64,000 bases of DNA from an uncultured Saprospiraceae bacterium (GCA_937926205.1 CALEYL010000031.1:34121-98120), one strand, 5' to 3'; counted from the first letter of the stretch, positions 45,582-54,971 are shown. Notes: a model not told the origin generated them from the letters alone. Program-made: numbers and translations.

Positions 45582-47102
45582 CTATTTCATGAACTTCTCT
45601 TTGATATTCTCATAATTCGGTAGTTGCCGGTAATGCCATTTCATGATCACCTTTCCATTTTTCAACAGCAATAAGCCGGGATTGGACCGGATTATGGTTT
45701 TTAACAGGATATCGTCGGCAGTGTAGAATGGGTATTCTGCGCCAATTGTTTTGCTGAAATCCCCTATCGTTTCCGCATTCAGATAAGCTGTGATAACATA
45801 TGCATTGTAGCCCTCCTTCTTCGCAGCCATCATAATGGGGTTGATTTTTTCACCCCAGGCCTTCATATAGGAAGCATTGTTCCAGGCTTTGCGACTGAAA
45901 GCTTCCTCGCGTTTTTTGACGCCGGCAGCTTTTTGGACAACATACATGGAATCCGGAGTTCGGATGGTATCCGGTGCATAAATGGTGTCCATTAAAGTCA
46001 TCATTCCTGTCGTGTCCTTTCCGTACAGTTTGTGGGCAATTACCATAAAGCTGTAGTTGGAGTCGGCCAGAATAGCCTCCGTCATATCGCTCCCCTGAAG
46101 GTCGGACACCTCAAATTCGCTGATTTTGGTTTGAGGTATCGTAGGTTCTGTTTTGATCTGTTCCAGGCTCCATTCTTCACCAGGATATTTCTGAAATTCC
46201 TTCATATACTGGTCATAAGGCAGCTCCACTACTTCGCCAGTTGTTTTATTGGTCATTTTATAAGCGAGGATATCCACTGCATTGAGGGCGTCGCTTTCTG
46301 CTTCTTTTTGTTCGCGAATGTTAACGCCAACTTTGAAAGGACGAAAATCTACATCAGGCAGATTCCAAACGAAGTTGCTCATACAATAGAGGGTGAGCAA
46401 AGCAATGGATATGCTGGTAATCCCCATATTGACCCGCGCACTGAAAAGATGGTGCATGCGTCGGAAGCTGAACAGGAAAAGGAAGGCCGGAATGAGTAAA
46501 AACAGGTCTTTAAAGAAAGAAACTTTTGGTTTCAGTTTGATGAAATCACCGAAGCAACCACAATCGGTCACTTTCATGTTGGTTTCTACAAATGCGTCCC
46601 ATTTGCCGAACTGGAAAAAGTTGACGCCTTCCGGTACGTATCCGGTCAGGTAAGTAAACCCGGTGAGAAAAGTAAAAAAGCCAACGAGAATGAGAAAAGC
46701 CCAGGCTGTAAATTTGCGATAAGCCCCCGTAAGGAGAAAAATGCCCAGCACAATTTCAAAAACGATCATAAAGACCGAAAAACTGGCTGAGTAGGCAGAC
46801 AGTTTGGGAAACAAAGGAGACAGGAAAGAAAACCAGGTCGGTTTAAATACTTCTTGAAACTGGTCGAAATACTGTTCCATCTTGTAGGCGGTCCCCAATG
46901 GATCAATGGCTTTGACAGCGCCGGAAAAAACAAAAAGTGCACCGGCGAAATTCTGAAAAAAGCTGACAATCCAGCTGTTTACCTTGCGAAGGCCAAAGTG
47001 CATAAAAGCGGTCAAAAAAAGCGCCACAATGGCTGTTGAAATAAAAATAGTACCTAAGCCCATGATTGGAAACGATTTGGTAGCGATTTTCTGCTTGTTC
47101 AA
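45582..47102 (-). CDS. DoxX/MauE-like membrane protein with C-terminal soluble (thioredoxin-like?) domain (BT_3928-like)
   Basis: Membrane N-terminal half with AVKAIDPLGT and the MauE/DoxX-type TDCGCFGDF motif. The C-terminal region of about 250 aa is soluble. Confidence 0.65.
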   Translation of the reverse strand: MNKQKIATKSFPIMGLGTIFISTAIVALFLTAFMHFGLRKVNSWIVSFFQNFAGALFVFSGAVKAIDPLGTAYKMEQYFDQFQEVFKPTWFSFLSPLFPKLSAYSASFSVFMIVFEIVLGIFLLTGAYRKFTAWAFLILVGFFTFLTGFTYLTGYVPEGVNFFQFGKWDAFVETNMKVTDCGCFGDFIKLKPKVSFFKDLFLLIPAFLFLFSFRRMHHLFSARVNMGITSISIALLTLYCMSNFVWNLPDVDFRPFKVGVNIREQKEAESDALNAVDILAYKMTNKTTGEVVELPYDQYMKEFQKYPGEEWSLEQIKTEPTIPQTKISEFEVSDLQGSDMTEAILADSNYSFMVIAHKLYGKDTTGMMTLMDTIYAPDTIRTPDSMYVVQKAAGVKKREEAFSRKAWNNASYMKAWGEKINPIMMAAKKEGYNAYVITAYLNAETIGDFSKTIGAEYPFYTADDILLKTIIRSNPGLLLLKNGKVIMKWHYRQLPNYENIKEKFMK

Positions 47103-47121
47103 TTAGTTGTATTCAGTGGGA

Positions 47122-47664
47122 TCAACCCTTCTCTGAAAGTTTAATGAGTGCAAAAATAGCATAGTTAATGATATCGCGGTAATTCGCATCCACTCCTTCT
47201 GAAGCAATGGTCTCTCCGAGCTTGTCTTCAATCTGCCGGATGCGCAGCAATTTTGATAAAATAAGGTCAGTCATGGAGCTTACCCGCATTTCCCGCCAGA
47301 CCTCTCCATAATCGTGGTTTTTTTGCTGGAGCAGCCGGCGGGTTTCCGCCAGTTGCTTGTCGTACAGTGCCGTCACGGTTTCGAGCGGCAACTCTAAAGG
47401 CGTATCTTCCGGTAAGCTTTCCTGGATCAGGGCAATGATGCTGTAATTCACCAATCCAAGATATTCATCTGATACAGAATCACTTACCTGCTGAACACCC
47501 TTTTCTTCGATGCTGCGGATGCGCCAGGCTTTGATGTAAAGCTGATCGGTCAGCGAACTCAGCCGCAGTATCCTCCACGAAGTCCCGTAATCATGCGTTT
47601 TATTGATAAAAACGTTACGACATTTTGCCGTAATCGCATCAAATTGTTGGAGTGTATGTTCCAT
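47122..47664 (-). CDS. DUF1599-like protein (two internal repeats)
   Basis: Two repeats: KTHDYGTSWRILRLSSLTDQLYIKAWRIRSIE and KNHDYGEVWREMRVSSMTDLILSKLLRIRQIE. The family name is from memory. Confidence 0.65.
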   Translation of the reverse strand: MEHTLQQFDAITAKCRNVFINKTHDYGTSWRILRLSSLTDQLYIKAWRIRSIEEKGVQQVSDSVSDEYLGLVNYSIIALIQESLPEDTPLELPLETVTALYDKQLAETRRLLQQKNHDYGEVWREMRVSSMTDLILSKLLRIRQIEDKLGETIASEGVDANYRDIINYAIFALIKLSEKG

Positions 47665-47749
47665 ACTTTATTTTGGTAAAGATACCAGGCTGTCAACAAT
47701 AGGGCAGTTAATAAGTTGTTACAGATTGGTTAATGAAATTTCCGGGAGA

Positions 47750-48130
47750 TCAAACGAGATCGCTTTCATCCCAGTTTTTACCACGTTTTTCTTTTACAAT
47801 TTCTTTCAATTCAAGGGATTCATCGGGTTCTTCACGGGGGGGAGCCCCACCCTTCCGCCGAATTTTTTCCAATTCTTTCTCAATGGCGCGCTCTTCCCAG
47901 TCATCCGTTCCATGTTCCATACCGGGAATCCCGAACACGCTCATGAAATGAATCGCCAGGCCAATCCCCCAGCCCAGCATCGGATAAAAGAACCACCAGT
48001 CTCCAAAACTGGTTACAATATTCAGCAATAATAAAAAGCCACCCACACTCACATAGGAATTCAGGTGTTTGTAAAATTCCTTTTTTGCTTTGACCCTTTT
48101 TTGGGCCTGTTCGTAAGGATCCATTTTCAT
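47750..48130 (-). CDS. 2TM-domain membrane protein
   Basis: KAKKEFYKHLNSYVSVGGFLLLLNIVTSFGDWWFFYPMLGWGIGLAIHFMSVFG matches the 2TM pattern. Charged C-terminal tail. Confidence 0.7.
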   Translation of the reverse strand: MKMDPYEQAQKRVKAKKEFYKHLNSYVSVGGFLLLLNIVTSFGDWWFFYPMLGWGIGLAIHFMSVFGIPGMEHGTDDWEERAIEKELEKIRRKGGAPPREEPDESLELKEIVKEKRGKNWDESDLV

Positions 48131-48161
48131 GAAAAGCTAATGTGGTTTAATAAACAAACGG

Positions 48162-48560
48162 CTACTTTAAAAAGGCTACCCGCAATAATTTCCCCAACCA
48201 GGCGCCCAGTCCGCCGTACAAACCGCCAAAGATCGCCGTAAGCGCAATGGCGCCCATAGCGCCTATGCCGCCGAACAATCCGCCGATGCGGTTACCGAGG
48301 ATGCCGCCGTTCAGGTCGCTAAGATACGAAGCATGAAGCCCCCAAAGGAGCATTCCGCCTGCAAAACCTGCTGCAAAAACCCATTTTTTCAATCCGCCGG
48401 CAAATAGAAGACCGCCCAATAATCCAAAAAGCAGCAGGCGCCACCACGGCAAAAAAGGCGCCGTAAACCACCCACCGACAGCAATGAGCAGCGCAATGGC
48501 CGCCAGCAGGAGCCCTTGCTTGAGGTTGAATGCATTGTTTTTTTCCATGTGATCAGGCAT
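48162..48560 (-). CDS. Gly-rich small membrane protein, hypothetical
   Basis: 132 aa with about 4 Gly-zipper-like hydrophobic segments. Confidence 0.55.
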   Translation of the reverse strand: MPDHMEKNNAFNLKQGLLLAAIALLIAVGGWFTAPFLPWWRLLLFGLLGGLLFAGGLKKWVFAAGFAGGMLLWGLHASYLSDLNGGILGNRIGGLFGGIGAMGAIALTAIFGGLYGGLGAWLGKLLRVAFLK

Positions 48561-48578
48561 TAGCTTTGCACTTTTCTT

Positions 48579-51089
48579 TTATCTGGATTTGAACGCTACA
48601 ACATTCCGGATTTTTCCCCGGCCATCGTTGAGGTCTTTCATAAACAGCAATTCATAATACTTCCCTGTAGCCCAATCGGCAATCGAGTTGTCATAGAAAG
48701 GACTGCCGGGATTGCCGGATTGTCCGCCAGGGTAAACGCCATGCGCTTTGACGGTATCGCCGAGTTCCACAATCATGCGCCACGACGGGCCATTGGCTTC
48801 CCTTATGGCATTCGGTGCATCACCATAACCGCCACATCGGATGTTTTTGACAGAAAATGCCGGAATATTGGCAATGTGAGAGATAGTAGTCCCTTTCTGA
48901 ACTGCCCAGTTGAAATCGCTTGCCGCATAACTTTTCCGGAGTGTTTCCACCATTTCCCCATAGGCCTGGGTGACAATTTCTTTGGCGTGTTCCATGTTTT
49001 TGGAGCAATAATCATCGAAAACGGCATTTTCAGGCTGTTCCTGCAACATTTCCAGCAAACGCCAGGTCTCAGGGAACAAAATCTCCATGGAATCGCGCAG
49101 CTCGAAATCAATGATGTCTTCAAAAGCGCGCCGTTGTAAAGCTTTAAACCAAACATCAAACGCCGCCGCCGCCTTGGAATCAGCCTCAAACCGGAAGTCC
49201 CATTTTTTTAAATCAGCGAGGATTGAACGACTTAGGGGATCCGTTAATTGAGACTCATCTAAAAGCCCCAGCATTAAAGGCACCCCTTCTTCTGCTTTGA
49301 TGCTGTAGTTATCGTTTTGGAGGGCTTCCATGTCTTCCAGTGTTGCCCCCTGCATGGCTTCGATGCGCCGGTTGATGTAACGGCCACGGTAGTCATCGAA
49401 CCCTCCGTTATAATAATAAGGGTAGTCGGGGCTTGTGGAATTCTGATTTGCAGAAGCCACAAAACCGCGCTTCGGATTGAGTACTTTTGGTATTTGAGAT
49501 GGGGGAATAAACCCTTGCCAGGCATTGGCCGAAGAGCTTCCGTCCTGAACAAAGCGCCCCTGTTCTTTGTGTTTGATGGGAAATTTTCCGGCAACGGTAA
49601 TGGCAATGTCGCCACTTCCTGAAGCAAAGACGATGTTTTGAGCCGGGCTTTCATAACAGGCAATGCTTTCTGCGTAATCGCTGAATCCCTTCCCTTTCAT
49701 AAAATTGAAAAACATACCAATTTCATGGATGCAGCCTTCCGCCGGCATGTCGTGCGCAACCCAGCGCATGGCCATATCCAGGTATTCCGAAGGTTCGGTT
49801 TCATACACTACCGGCCCCCAAACGGTGTATTTTACCTGATCCACGACGGCCTCTTTACGGCCTCGCACGTTTATGACTTCTTCACGAATGTCAACCGGTG
49901 TTGGCTTTCCATCCAACAGGTAATTTTGCTTGCTTTTGTCAGTCCAGCGAATGCGGTACCAGTCAAGCACATCCTGCCCGACATTGGTCAGACCCCAGGC
50001 GATGTTTTCATTGAATCCGATTACAATACCCGGAGCTCCCGGCAGGGAAACGCCGTAGGCATTCAGGGAAGGTGTATGCAGTTGCACCTCGTACCATACT
50101 GAAGGCAACGTAAGGCGCAGGTGTGGATCGTTGCAGAGGATGGGATTTCCGGAAGCGGTTTTGCTGCCCGACAAAGCCCAGTTGTTGCTCCCAATACCCT
50201 CCGGTGATTGCGGCAGATTCCGATAAGGAATCAGGCCGCTCATTTTGGGTTGGGGATCCGGCGTTGTTACCGGGAGGAAGTTCCAGCTTACATCAGCGGG
50301 GATGATGGGCGATTGTTTTGGATTGTATTCTGGAAACAGAAAGCGAAACTGTTCTTCTCCAAACAGCTCAAGGGCATTCGACGCCGCAACATCTTCATTT
50401 CGGAAACAGAGGGTTTCGGCCATGTTTTTCAGCATGAGGGCCGTTTTGAGAGGGGTCCAGGGTTCCGGAGCATAGCCCAATAGCTTGAATTCCAGCGGAT
50501 ACTGCTCGGGGGTCAGGGTGGCTACCCAGGCATTGATGCCGGCGGTATATGCCTCAACAACAGCGATTTCGTCGGGATTTTTTTTCCATGCTTCCAGGGT
50601 GCGTTCGGCGGCATAAACCATCCCTTTACGGCGTTGCAATTTGTCGCGCTTCAGGGTACGCGCACCCAGCACTTCCGATAAGCGCCCGCTTACCGAACGC
50701 GTGGCTATGTCCATTTGCCACAATCGGTATTGCGCTGTAATGTAGCCCTGTGCAAATGCAAGGCTGGTTTCGTCTTCCGCAAAAATATGAGGAACAAGCC
50801 GGTCATCGAAGGCAACAGTAACCTGTTTTCCTTCCAGGGGCAGCTCAATGGACTGGTCTGCCGTTGCCCCAAGCGCTTCTGCGTTTTGCCAGAAGCCTTT
50901 GGCAGGGTCAAAAAAGGGGCCGATGGCTGGCAAAGGGGCCCCAAACGGGTGGAACCAATTGCTGATCAGAACAATACATACAATCAAGGCAAGTGCAATT
51001 CCCGCCTTTATTCGCGGTGACCTGCTGCTGAGAGACAATTTTGGTAGCGTCACTTTCCTGCATTTTTTCGAGGGCAAAAAGGTACGCAT
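48579..51089 (-). CDS. penicillin-acylase-family (S45, Ntn-hydrolase) protein
   Basis: 836 aa. Putative autoprocessing site and nucleophile in EGIGSNNWALSG. N-terminal membrane anchor or signal. Confidence 0.85.
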   Translation of the reverse strand: MRTFLPSKKCRKVTLPKLSLSSRSPRIKAGIALALIVCIVLISNWFHPFGAPLPAIGPFFDPAKGFWQNAEALGATADQSIELPLEGKQVTVAFDDRLVPHIFAEDETSLAFAQGYITAQYRLWQMDIATRSVSGRLSEVLGARTLKRDKLQRRKGMVYAAERTLEAWKKNPDEIAVVEAYTAGINAWVATLTPEQYPLEFKLLGYAPEPWTPLKTALMLKNMAETLCFRNEDVAASNALELFGEEQFRFLFPEYNPKQSPIIPADVSWNFLPVTTPDPQPKMSGLIPYRNLPQSPEGIGSNNWALSGSKTASGNPILCNDPHLRLTLPSVWYEVQLHTPSLNAYGVSLPGAPGIVIGFNENIAWGLTNVGQDVLDWYRIRWTDKSKQNYLLDGKPTPVDIREEVINVRGRKEAVVDQVKYTVWGPVVYETEPSEYLDMAMRWVAHDMPAEGCIHEIGMFFNFMKGKGFSDYAESIACYESPAQNIVFASGSGDIAITVAGKFPIKHKEQGRFVQDGSSSANAWQGFIPPSQIPKVLNPKRGFVASANQNSTSPDYPYYYNGGFDDYRGRYINRRIEAMQGATLEDMEALQNDNYSIKAEEGVPLMLGLLDESQLTDPLSRSILADLKKWDFRFEADSKAAAAFDVWFKALQRRAFEDIIDFELRDSMEILFPETWRLLEMLQEQPENAVFDDYCSKNMEHAKEIVTQAYGEMVETLRKSYAASDFNWAVQKGTTISHIANIPAFSVKNIRCGGYGDAPNAIREANGPSWRMIVELGDTVKAHGVYPGGQSGNPGSPFYDNSIADWATGKYYELLFMKDLNDGRGKIRNVVAFKSR

Positions 51090-51221
51090 AAATTGGCAAA
51101 TGTTAAGGGAAAGCCTGTATATTTGCCTAATTACTATTTAGTAGTTTTTGTGTTTATTTGTTTGGGTTAGAGGCCCTTGCCTTTACTGGCAAGGGCTCTT
51201 TTTTTGGGAAAAAGTTTTGGT

Positions 51222-51740
51222 TTATGCCCGGAATCGATTCTCAGGCAATGATTTCAGGTGCTCTGCTCCATCCACATCGATATCGAGATCGTTCAGGTCG
51301 CTAAAGCGCAATTTGCATTCCAGATGCAACATCAGGAATTCATCTGTTTCACGGACTAAGATCAATATGTTGTTAATAATGCCGTCCTTTTCCCGGATGA
51401 GCAGGTTCACATGTTCATTGTTTCCCCTCATCATGATGAGGTCTTCATAAGATTCTGCTTTCACCCCTTTTATCAAACGGTCGAAATCTTCCTGCAAAGG
51501 TTGTTCTCCGTTCTCGAGTTGCAACAATTCCAACCGGCTGATTTTCCGCAACAATTTTGACGCATCTTCTGCATCTGTAACTTTGGATGCCAAACGGATA
51601 AACAAACCCTGAATGCGCACGCCGGTAGCATTAGGAGAAGTATTATAATGTCTGTAAAAATCCCGGATCGGGTCTTTCTGAGCCTGTGTAAGGGTGCTGC
51701 AAAGCAAAGTCAGTATGGCGATGAAAATAGTTTTTTTCAT
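51222..51740 (-). CDS. DUF4252-like secreted protein
   Basis: Signal peptide MKKTIFIAILTLLCSTLTQAQ. About 170 aa. Position downstream of the ECF sigma/anti-sigma pair is typical for DUF4252. The family call is from memory. Confidence 0.6.
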   Translation of the reverse strand: MKKTIFIAILTLLCSTLTQAQKDPIRDFYRHYNTSPNATGVRIQGLFIRLASKVTDAEDASKLLRKISRLELLQLENGEQPLQEDFDRLIKGVKAESYEDLIMMRGNNEHVNLLIREKDGIINNILILVRETDEFLMLHLECKLRFSDLNDLDIDVDGAEHLKSLPENRFRA

Positions 51741-51772
51741 GTTGTTTTGTTTATTGGTTTAAGGAATCCAAA

Positions 51773-52300
51773 TCAATCCTCCTGTTTCTTATCCCCTTTG
51801 TTTTTTTCAACGGACCGGGCCATTTTCGTCACCTTATTCAGGTTGATTTTGCCCAGAAAGCTAATCAGGACAAACTCGTCATCGTAAGAAAGCAGCAGCA
51901 ATTCATCTATGGTTTCCCCATTGCTTCCTTTAGCCAGAAACTCGAGGTTGGTGCCATCTTTTTCTTTTACCGTCATCAGGACTTCATATTCTGATGTGTT
52001 GATTTTTGACTTGAATTCCTTGTAGAATTTGTCGGGTGTCGTTTCTGTCGTGAGGATTCTCAATGATTTGATGTCCTTGGCGATGTCTTTCATGACCTCG
52101 CCTTCTTCTTCTCCATCGAAGACCATGTTATTGACTTCAATATTCCCAAGCATTTCAAACATTTTCGGGCTGATGTAAACCACCGAAAAACGGCTGTCTT
52201 CGACATACTGGGAAAAGTACTTGTCAATGGCATTGTCCTGCGCAGAAAGCATGGTGGACAAGCCGGTTGTAAAAAGCAGAACAGTCAGGAATTTTTGCAT
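51773..52300 (-). CDS. DUF4252-like secreted protein (paralogue)
   Basis: Start moved to MQKFLTVLLFTTGLSTMLSAQ (175 aa). The 73 upstream codons of the listed ORF (TTG start) are translated repeat DNA (KSSNFQIF...). Confidence 0.6.
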   Translation of the reverse strand: MQKFLTVLLFTTGLSTMLSAQDNAIDKYFSQYVEDSRFSVVYISPKMFEMLGNIEVNNMVFDGEEEGEVMKDIAKDIKSLRILTTETTPDKFYKEFKSKINTSEYEVLMTVKEKDGTNLEFLAKGSNGETIDELLLLSYDDEFVLISFLGKINLNKVTKMARSVEKNKGDKKQED

Positions 52301-52677
52301 AACGATTAAAATTTGATGATTTGAAAATTTTAAAATTTGGTGATTGGGATTCGGGATGCCCGGAAAGTTGTGTTCATCAAAGTACTTTTCTGGCATTATT
52401 GATTTGATGATTTGAAAATTTGATGATTTGAAAATTTGAAAATTTGATGATTTGAAAATTTGATGATTTGATGATTTGGTGATTGGGATTCGGGATGCCC
52501 GGAAATTCGTATTTATCAAAATGCTTTTACGGCATTGGAAACTTGAAAATTTGAGAATTGGGATTCGATATGCCCCCTGTTTCCGGAATGCCTCATTTTC
52601 AAATCATCAAATCAACTCATCTTCAAATTAATCCCCTCATTTTCAAATTTTCTAATAAACACATCTTCAAATTAACA
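52301..52677. repeat. gene-less repeat locus: two good copies and one degenerate copy of the 65-nt element, each preceded by 8-nt-periodic arrays, then an oppositely oriented array
   Basis: Copies at about 52335-52397 and 52475-52537 (tttggtgattgggattcgggatgcccggaaa...ggcatt). Degenerate copy at about 52541-52595. Arrays are gatgattt/gaaaattt. Inverted words attttcaaatcatcaaatc and catcttcaaatta lie at 52596-52677. Confidence 0.8.
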
Positions 52678-53139
52678 TCAATCCCCCTTCTCCAAAATCC
52701 GCACGCCCCGATTCAACCCCTCTGACACTTTCATCAAAGCATTTCGGGTAATTTGCAGGGCTTCTTCTTTCGTTTTGGGCTCGTATTTTGACCAGTCAAT
52801 GGTTGCCACCGGAGCTTCCGGAGCAGGGCTTATTTCCCGATACACCAAAGTACCAGCGATCAGGGCCAACGCAAAAATGGCTGCAGCGGCCGCAACCCGA
52901 ATGGGATTCAGGCGGAAACGACGCGCCTGTGGCACAGATAATTCAGCATCAAGGCGCCGCTCAAAACCAGCAGGCAGGGAACGCGACTTTTCAGCATCCA
53001 GAAAGCGAAACAAAGGGATGTATTTTTCCAGTTCTTTTTCCACTACTTCCTGCGAGTTGAAGTAAGCTTTCAGACGTTTTTCTTCTTCCAGCGTCGTTGT
53101 TCCGGCAAAGTATTTTTCGATCAGCGTTTTATAATCCAT
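52678..53139 (-). CDS. putative single-pass anti-sigma factor
   Basis: Start at MDYKTLIEKYF, overlapping the sigma gene stop by 11 nt. One TM (IRVAAAAAIFALALIAGTLVY). The call rests on position immediately after the ECF sigma gene. No zf-HC2 motif seen. Confidence 0.5.
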   Translation of the reverse strand: MDYKTLIEKYFAGTTTLEEEKRLKAYFNSQEVVEKELEKYIPLFRFLDAEKSRSLPAGFERRLDAELSVPQARRFRLNPIRVAAAAAIFALALIAGTLVYREISPAPEAPVATIDWSKYEPKTKEEALQITRNALMKVSEGLNRGVRILEKGD

Positions 53140-53644
53140 GATTTTCTGTTTGGAGATACAAGCTCCGGACGGCATTGCGCGCCCGGAACAAATTCACTTT
53201 CACCTGATTCATCGGCAGATCCAGTAATTCAACAATTTCCTGATAACTCATTTCTTCTATGTCGCGCAGGTGCATGACCAGGCGCTGTTTTTCCGGTAGT
53301 TGCTGCATCAGCTTCAGCAGATGTGCCATGGTATCTGAATATTCGGCAGCTGCTAAAGGAGTAGGCTCGTGATCTGCCAGCCCGGGCAGGGATTCTGCTT
53401 CCAGATACCCCCTTCGTTGCTTCCCGCTGCGGATTTTATCAATGGCCTGATTTTTTACCAGCTTCATACACCAGGCCTCCACATTCCGGATGGCCGGCCA
53501 GGCATCCTGCTGACGCCATGCTTTTACCAGTACCTCCTGCACGACATCCTGCGCTTCTGCGTCATCGCTCAGGATGCGCAGGGCAAGTCGGTAGAGTTTG
53601 TCTTTAACCGGCAGGATATGTTGCTTGAAGTAGGTTAAGCTCAT
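53129..53644 (-). CDS. ECF-type RNA polymerase sigma-70 family factor
   Basis: Region 2 DAEAQDVVQEVLVKAW. Region 4 LPEKQRLVMHLRDIEEMSYQEIVELLDLPMNQVKVNLFRAR. Confidence 0.9.
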   Translation of the reverse strand: MSLTYFKQHILPVKDKLYRLALRILSDDAEAQDVVQEVLVKAWRQQDAWPAIRNVEAWCMKLVKNQAIDKIRSGKQRRGYLEAESLPGLADHEPTPLAAAEYSDTMAHLLKLMQQLPEKQRLVMHLRDIEEMSYQEIVELLDLPMNQVKVNLFRARNAVRSLYLQTENHGL

Positions 53645-53655
53645 TTCTTTGGCAC

Positions 53656-53682
53656 GACGATTGTAAGGAATAGAATGTTACA
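53656..53682 (-). promoter_or_regulatory. candidate ECF-type promoter (TGTAAC-N17-CGTC) upstream of the sigma gene
   Basis: The minus strand reads ctcTGTAACattctattccttacaatCGTCgtgccaaagaaATG. This fits the generic ECF AAC/CGT pattern and implies a near-leaderless mRNA. Confidence 0.3.
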
Positions 53683-53863
53683 GAGGGTATCATTTTTTTT
53701 TGTTGATTAAGCGGAGGGTGTCTCGAAAAGGTGTCACCTCGTTAAAATGCAAAAAAATCCTTCGCAAAAAAAAGTTTGGCACGGTTTTAGAATTACACCT
53801 GACATCTTTATCAAATTATTTTTCTTCAAAAATCATTCGTTCATCACTATCAAATTTTTGTCT

Positions 53864-54445
53864 ATGAAAACGTCCATTTTTTCGCTCGCTTTTGTTACAC
53901 TTTTTACAGGCGCTTTGAATGCACAGGAGCAACTTGCTACCAGCAGCAGCGCACCATTTGCACTGGCATCCTACACCGCCGGTTCAGATCAGGCACAACT
54001 TCCGTGTAATGCCGACTACGCACCAAAAAAAATCGAAATGGGGCTGCCTTTAACCGACTGTGAGTTCGATGTGGCACCTAAATACGCCAGCAAAGACGGT
54101 TCACTGGAGCAAGACCTCATCGCCGAAGTGCGCAAACAATCAAAATTCAGTGATTTTGAAATGGGGATGGAATACATGCCGCATTCAGTTATCCTGGTAT
54201 CCAATACAACGCCGATGCAGGACAAGCAAGGTTTCCTTGTCAGCATGGTGATCAACAAAAAAGGCCAGGCCGCCAAAGTGAAGGTATACGGACAAGGCCA
54301 CCTTGCCGGGTTGGTTGAGGCCACCTTGAAGACGACCATGTGGGAACCGGCAGAATACGAAGGGGTTCAGGTAGACAGCAAGGTATGGTACGGTGTGACG
54401 CTGCAATCGCGTACTCAGGTTGCCATTGCGCCTTTCCAGCCGTAA
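53864..54445 (+). CDS. hypothetical secreted protein (C-terminal part weakly TonB-C-like)
   Basis: Start moved to MKTSIFSLAFVTLFTGALNAQ (signal peptide). Confidence 0.6.
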   Translation: MKTSIFSLAFVTLFTGALNAQEQLATSSSAPFALASYTAGSDQAQLPCNADYAPKKIEMGLPLTDCEFDVAPKYASKDGSLEQDLIAEVRKQSKFSDFEMGMEYMPHSVILVSNTTPMQDKQGFLVSMVINKKGQAAKVKVYGQGHLAGLVEATLKTTMWEPAEYEGVQVDSKVWYGVTLQSRTQVAIAPFQP

Positions 54446-54531
54446 TTTGAGGTATACTTAACTCAGCTATCGGTTTCCCTTTTTCGCCAGCCCGCCTCCC
54501 GGAGGGCAGGTAAGTAAAGAAGATAAATGAC

Positions 54532-54562
54532 AAAAGCGCGCCACGAAAGTGAGCGCGCTTTT
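54532..54562. terminator. bidirectional intrinsic terminator between convergent genes
   Basis: aaaagcgcgc-cac-gaaa-gtg-a-gcgcgctttt: a GC-rich stem with a GAAA loop, flanked by an A-run and a T-run. Confidence 0.7.
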
Positions 54563-54587
54563 GTCATAAAAAGCAAAAGGCAAAAAA

Positions 54588-54971
54588 TTAAAGCGCTTCG
54601 TCTTCTTCTTTTAACTCCCGCTCTAATTCTTCCATGAATATGAATTCAATGCTTTCTTCAACGGTAGGAATGATGGTCAATACCGTATCCAGTCTCGAAA
54701 TTTCAATCAGCTTTTTCACACTTGGCTGCACGATGCCCGTTAACACAAACGAGCCATTCATTTTCCAGAGGCGATTGGCTGTGAGAATGGCACTGAGGCC
54801 GGATGAATCAATGTATTTTACATCAGTAAGGTCGAGAATCAGGTTCACGATACCCTCATTGGCGAAAATAACAAATTCAGATTTGAGGTTAGGGGCAAGC
54901 ATGGAATTCAGGTTCTCTTCTTCCAGGCGAAACACAGCATATTTCTCCTTCTTGTCAATCGAATATTTCAT
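54588..54971 (-). CDS. STAS-domain protein (anti-sigma-factor antagonist, SpoIIAA-like)
   Basis: 127 aa. LILDLTDVKYIDSSGLSAILTANRL is a STAS signature containing the conserved Ser. Confidence 0.8.
   Translation of the reverse strand: MKYSIDKKEKYAVFRLEEENLNSMLAPNLKSEFVIFANEGIVNLILDLTDVKYIDSSGLSAILTANRLWKMNGSFVLTGIVQPSVKKLIEISRLDTVLTIIPTVEESIEFIFMEELERELKEEDEAL

Noticed and set aside
52431-52441. By eye I count five A's across the 52440/52441 line break, which would break the listed ORF 51773..52519. I also read the DUF4252 ATG complement at 52297-52299 rather than 52298-52300.
   Set aside because: The computed ORF track is self-consistent (175 codons plus a stop ending at 51773), so this is most likely my own 1-nt miscount in a homopolymer-rich repeat. 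It does not affect any call.
52301-52519. N-terminal extensions of listed ORFs 51773..52519 (TTG start, KSSNFQIF...) and 43814..44500 (PPSTLYRPPSTVHRLP).
   Set aside because: These are translations of the octamer and heptamer tandem arrays. Canonical signal-peptide or family starts lie downstream at 52300 and 44443.
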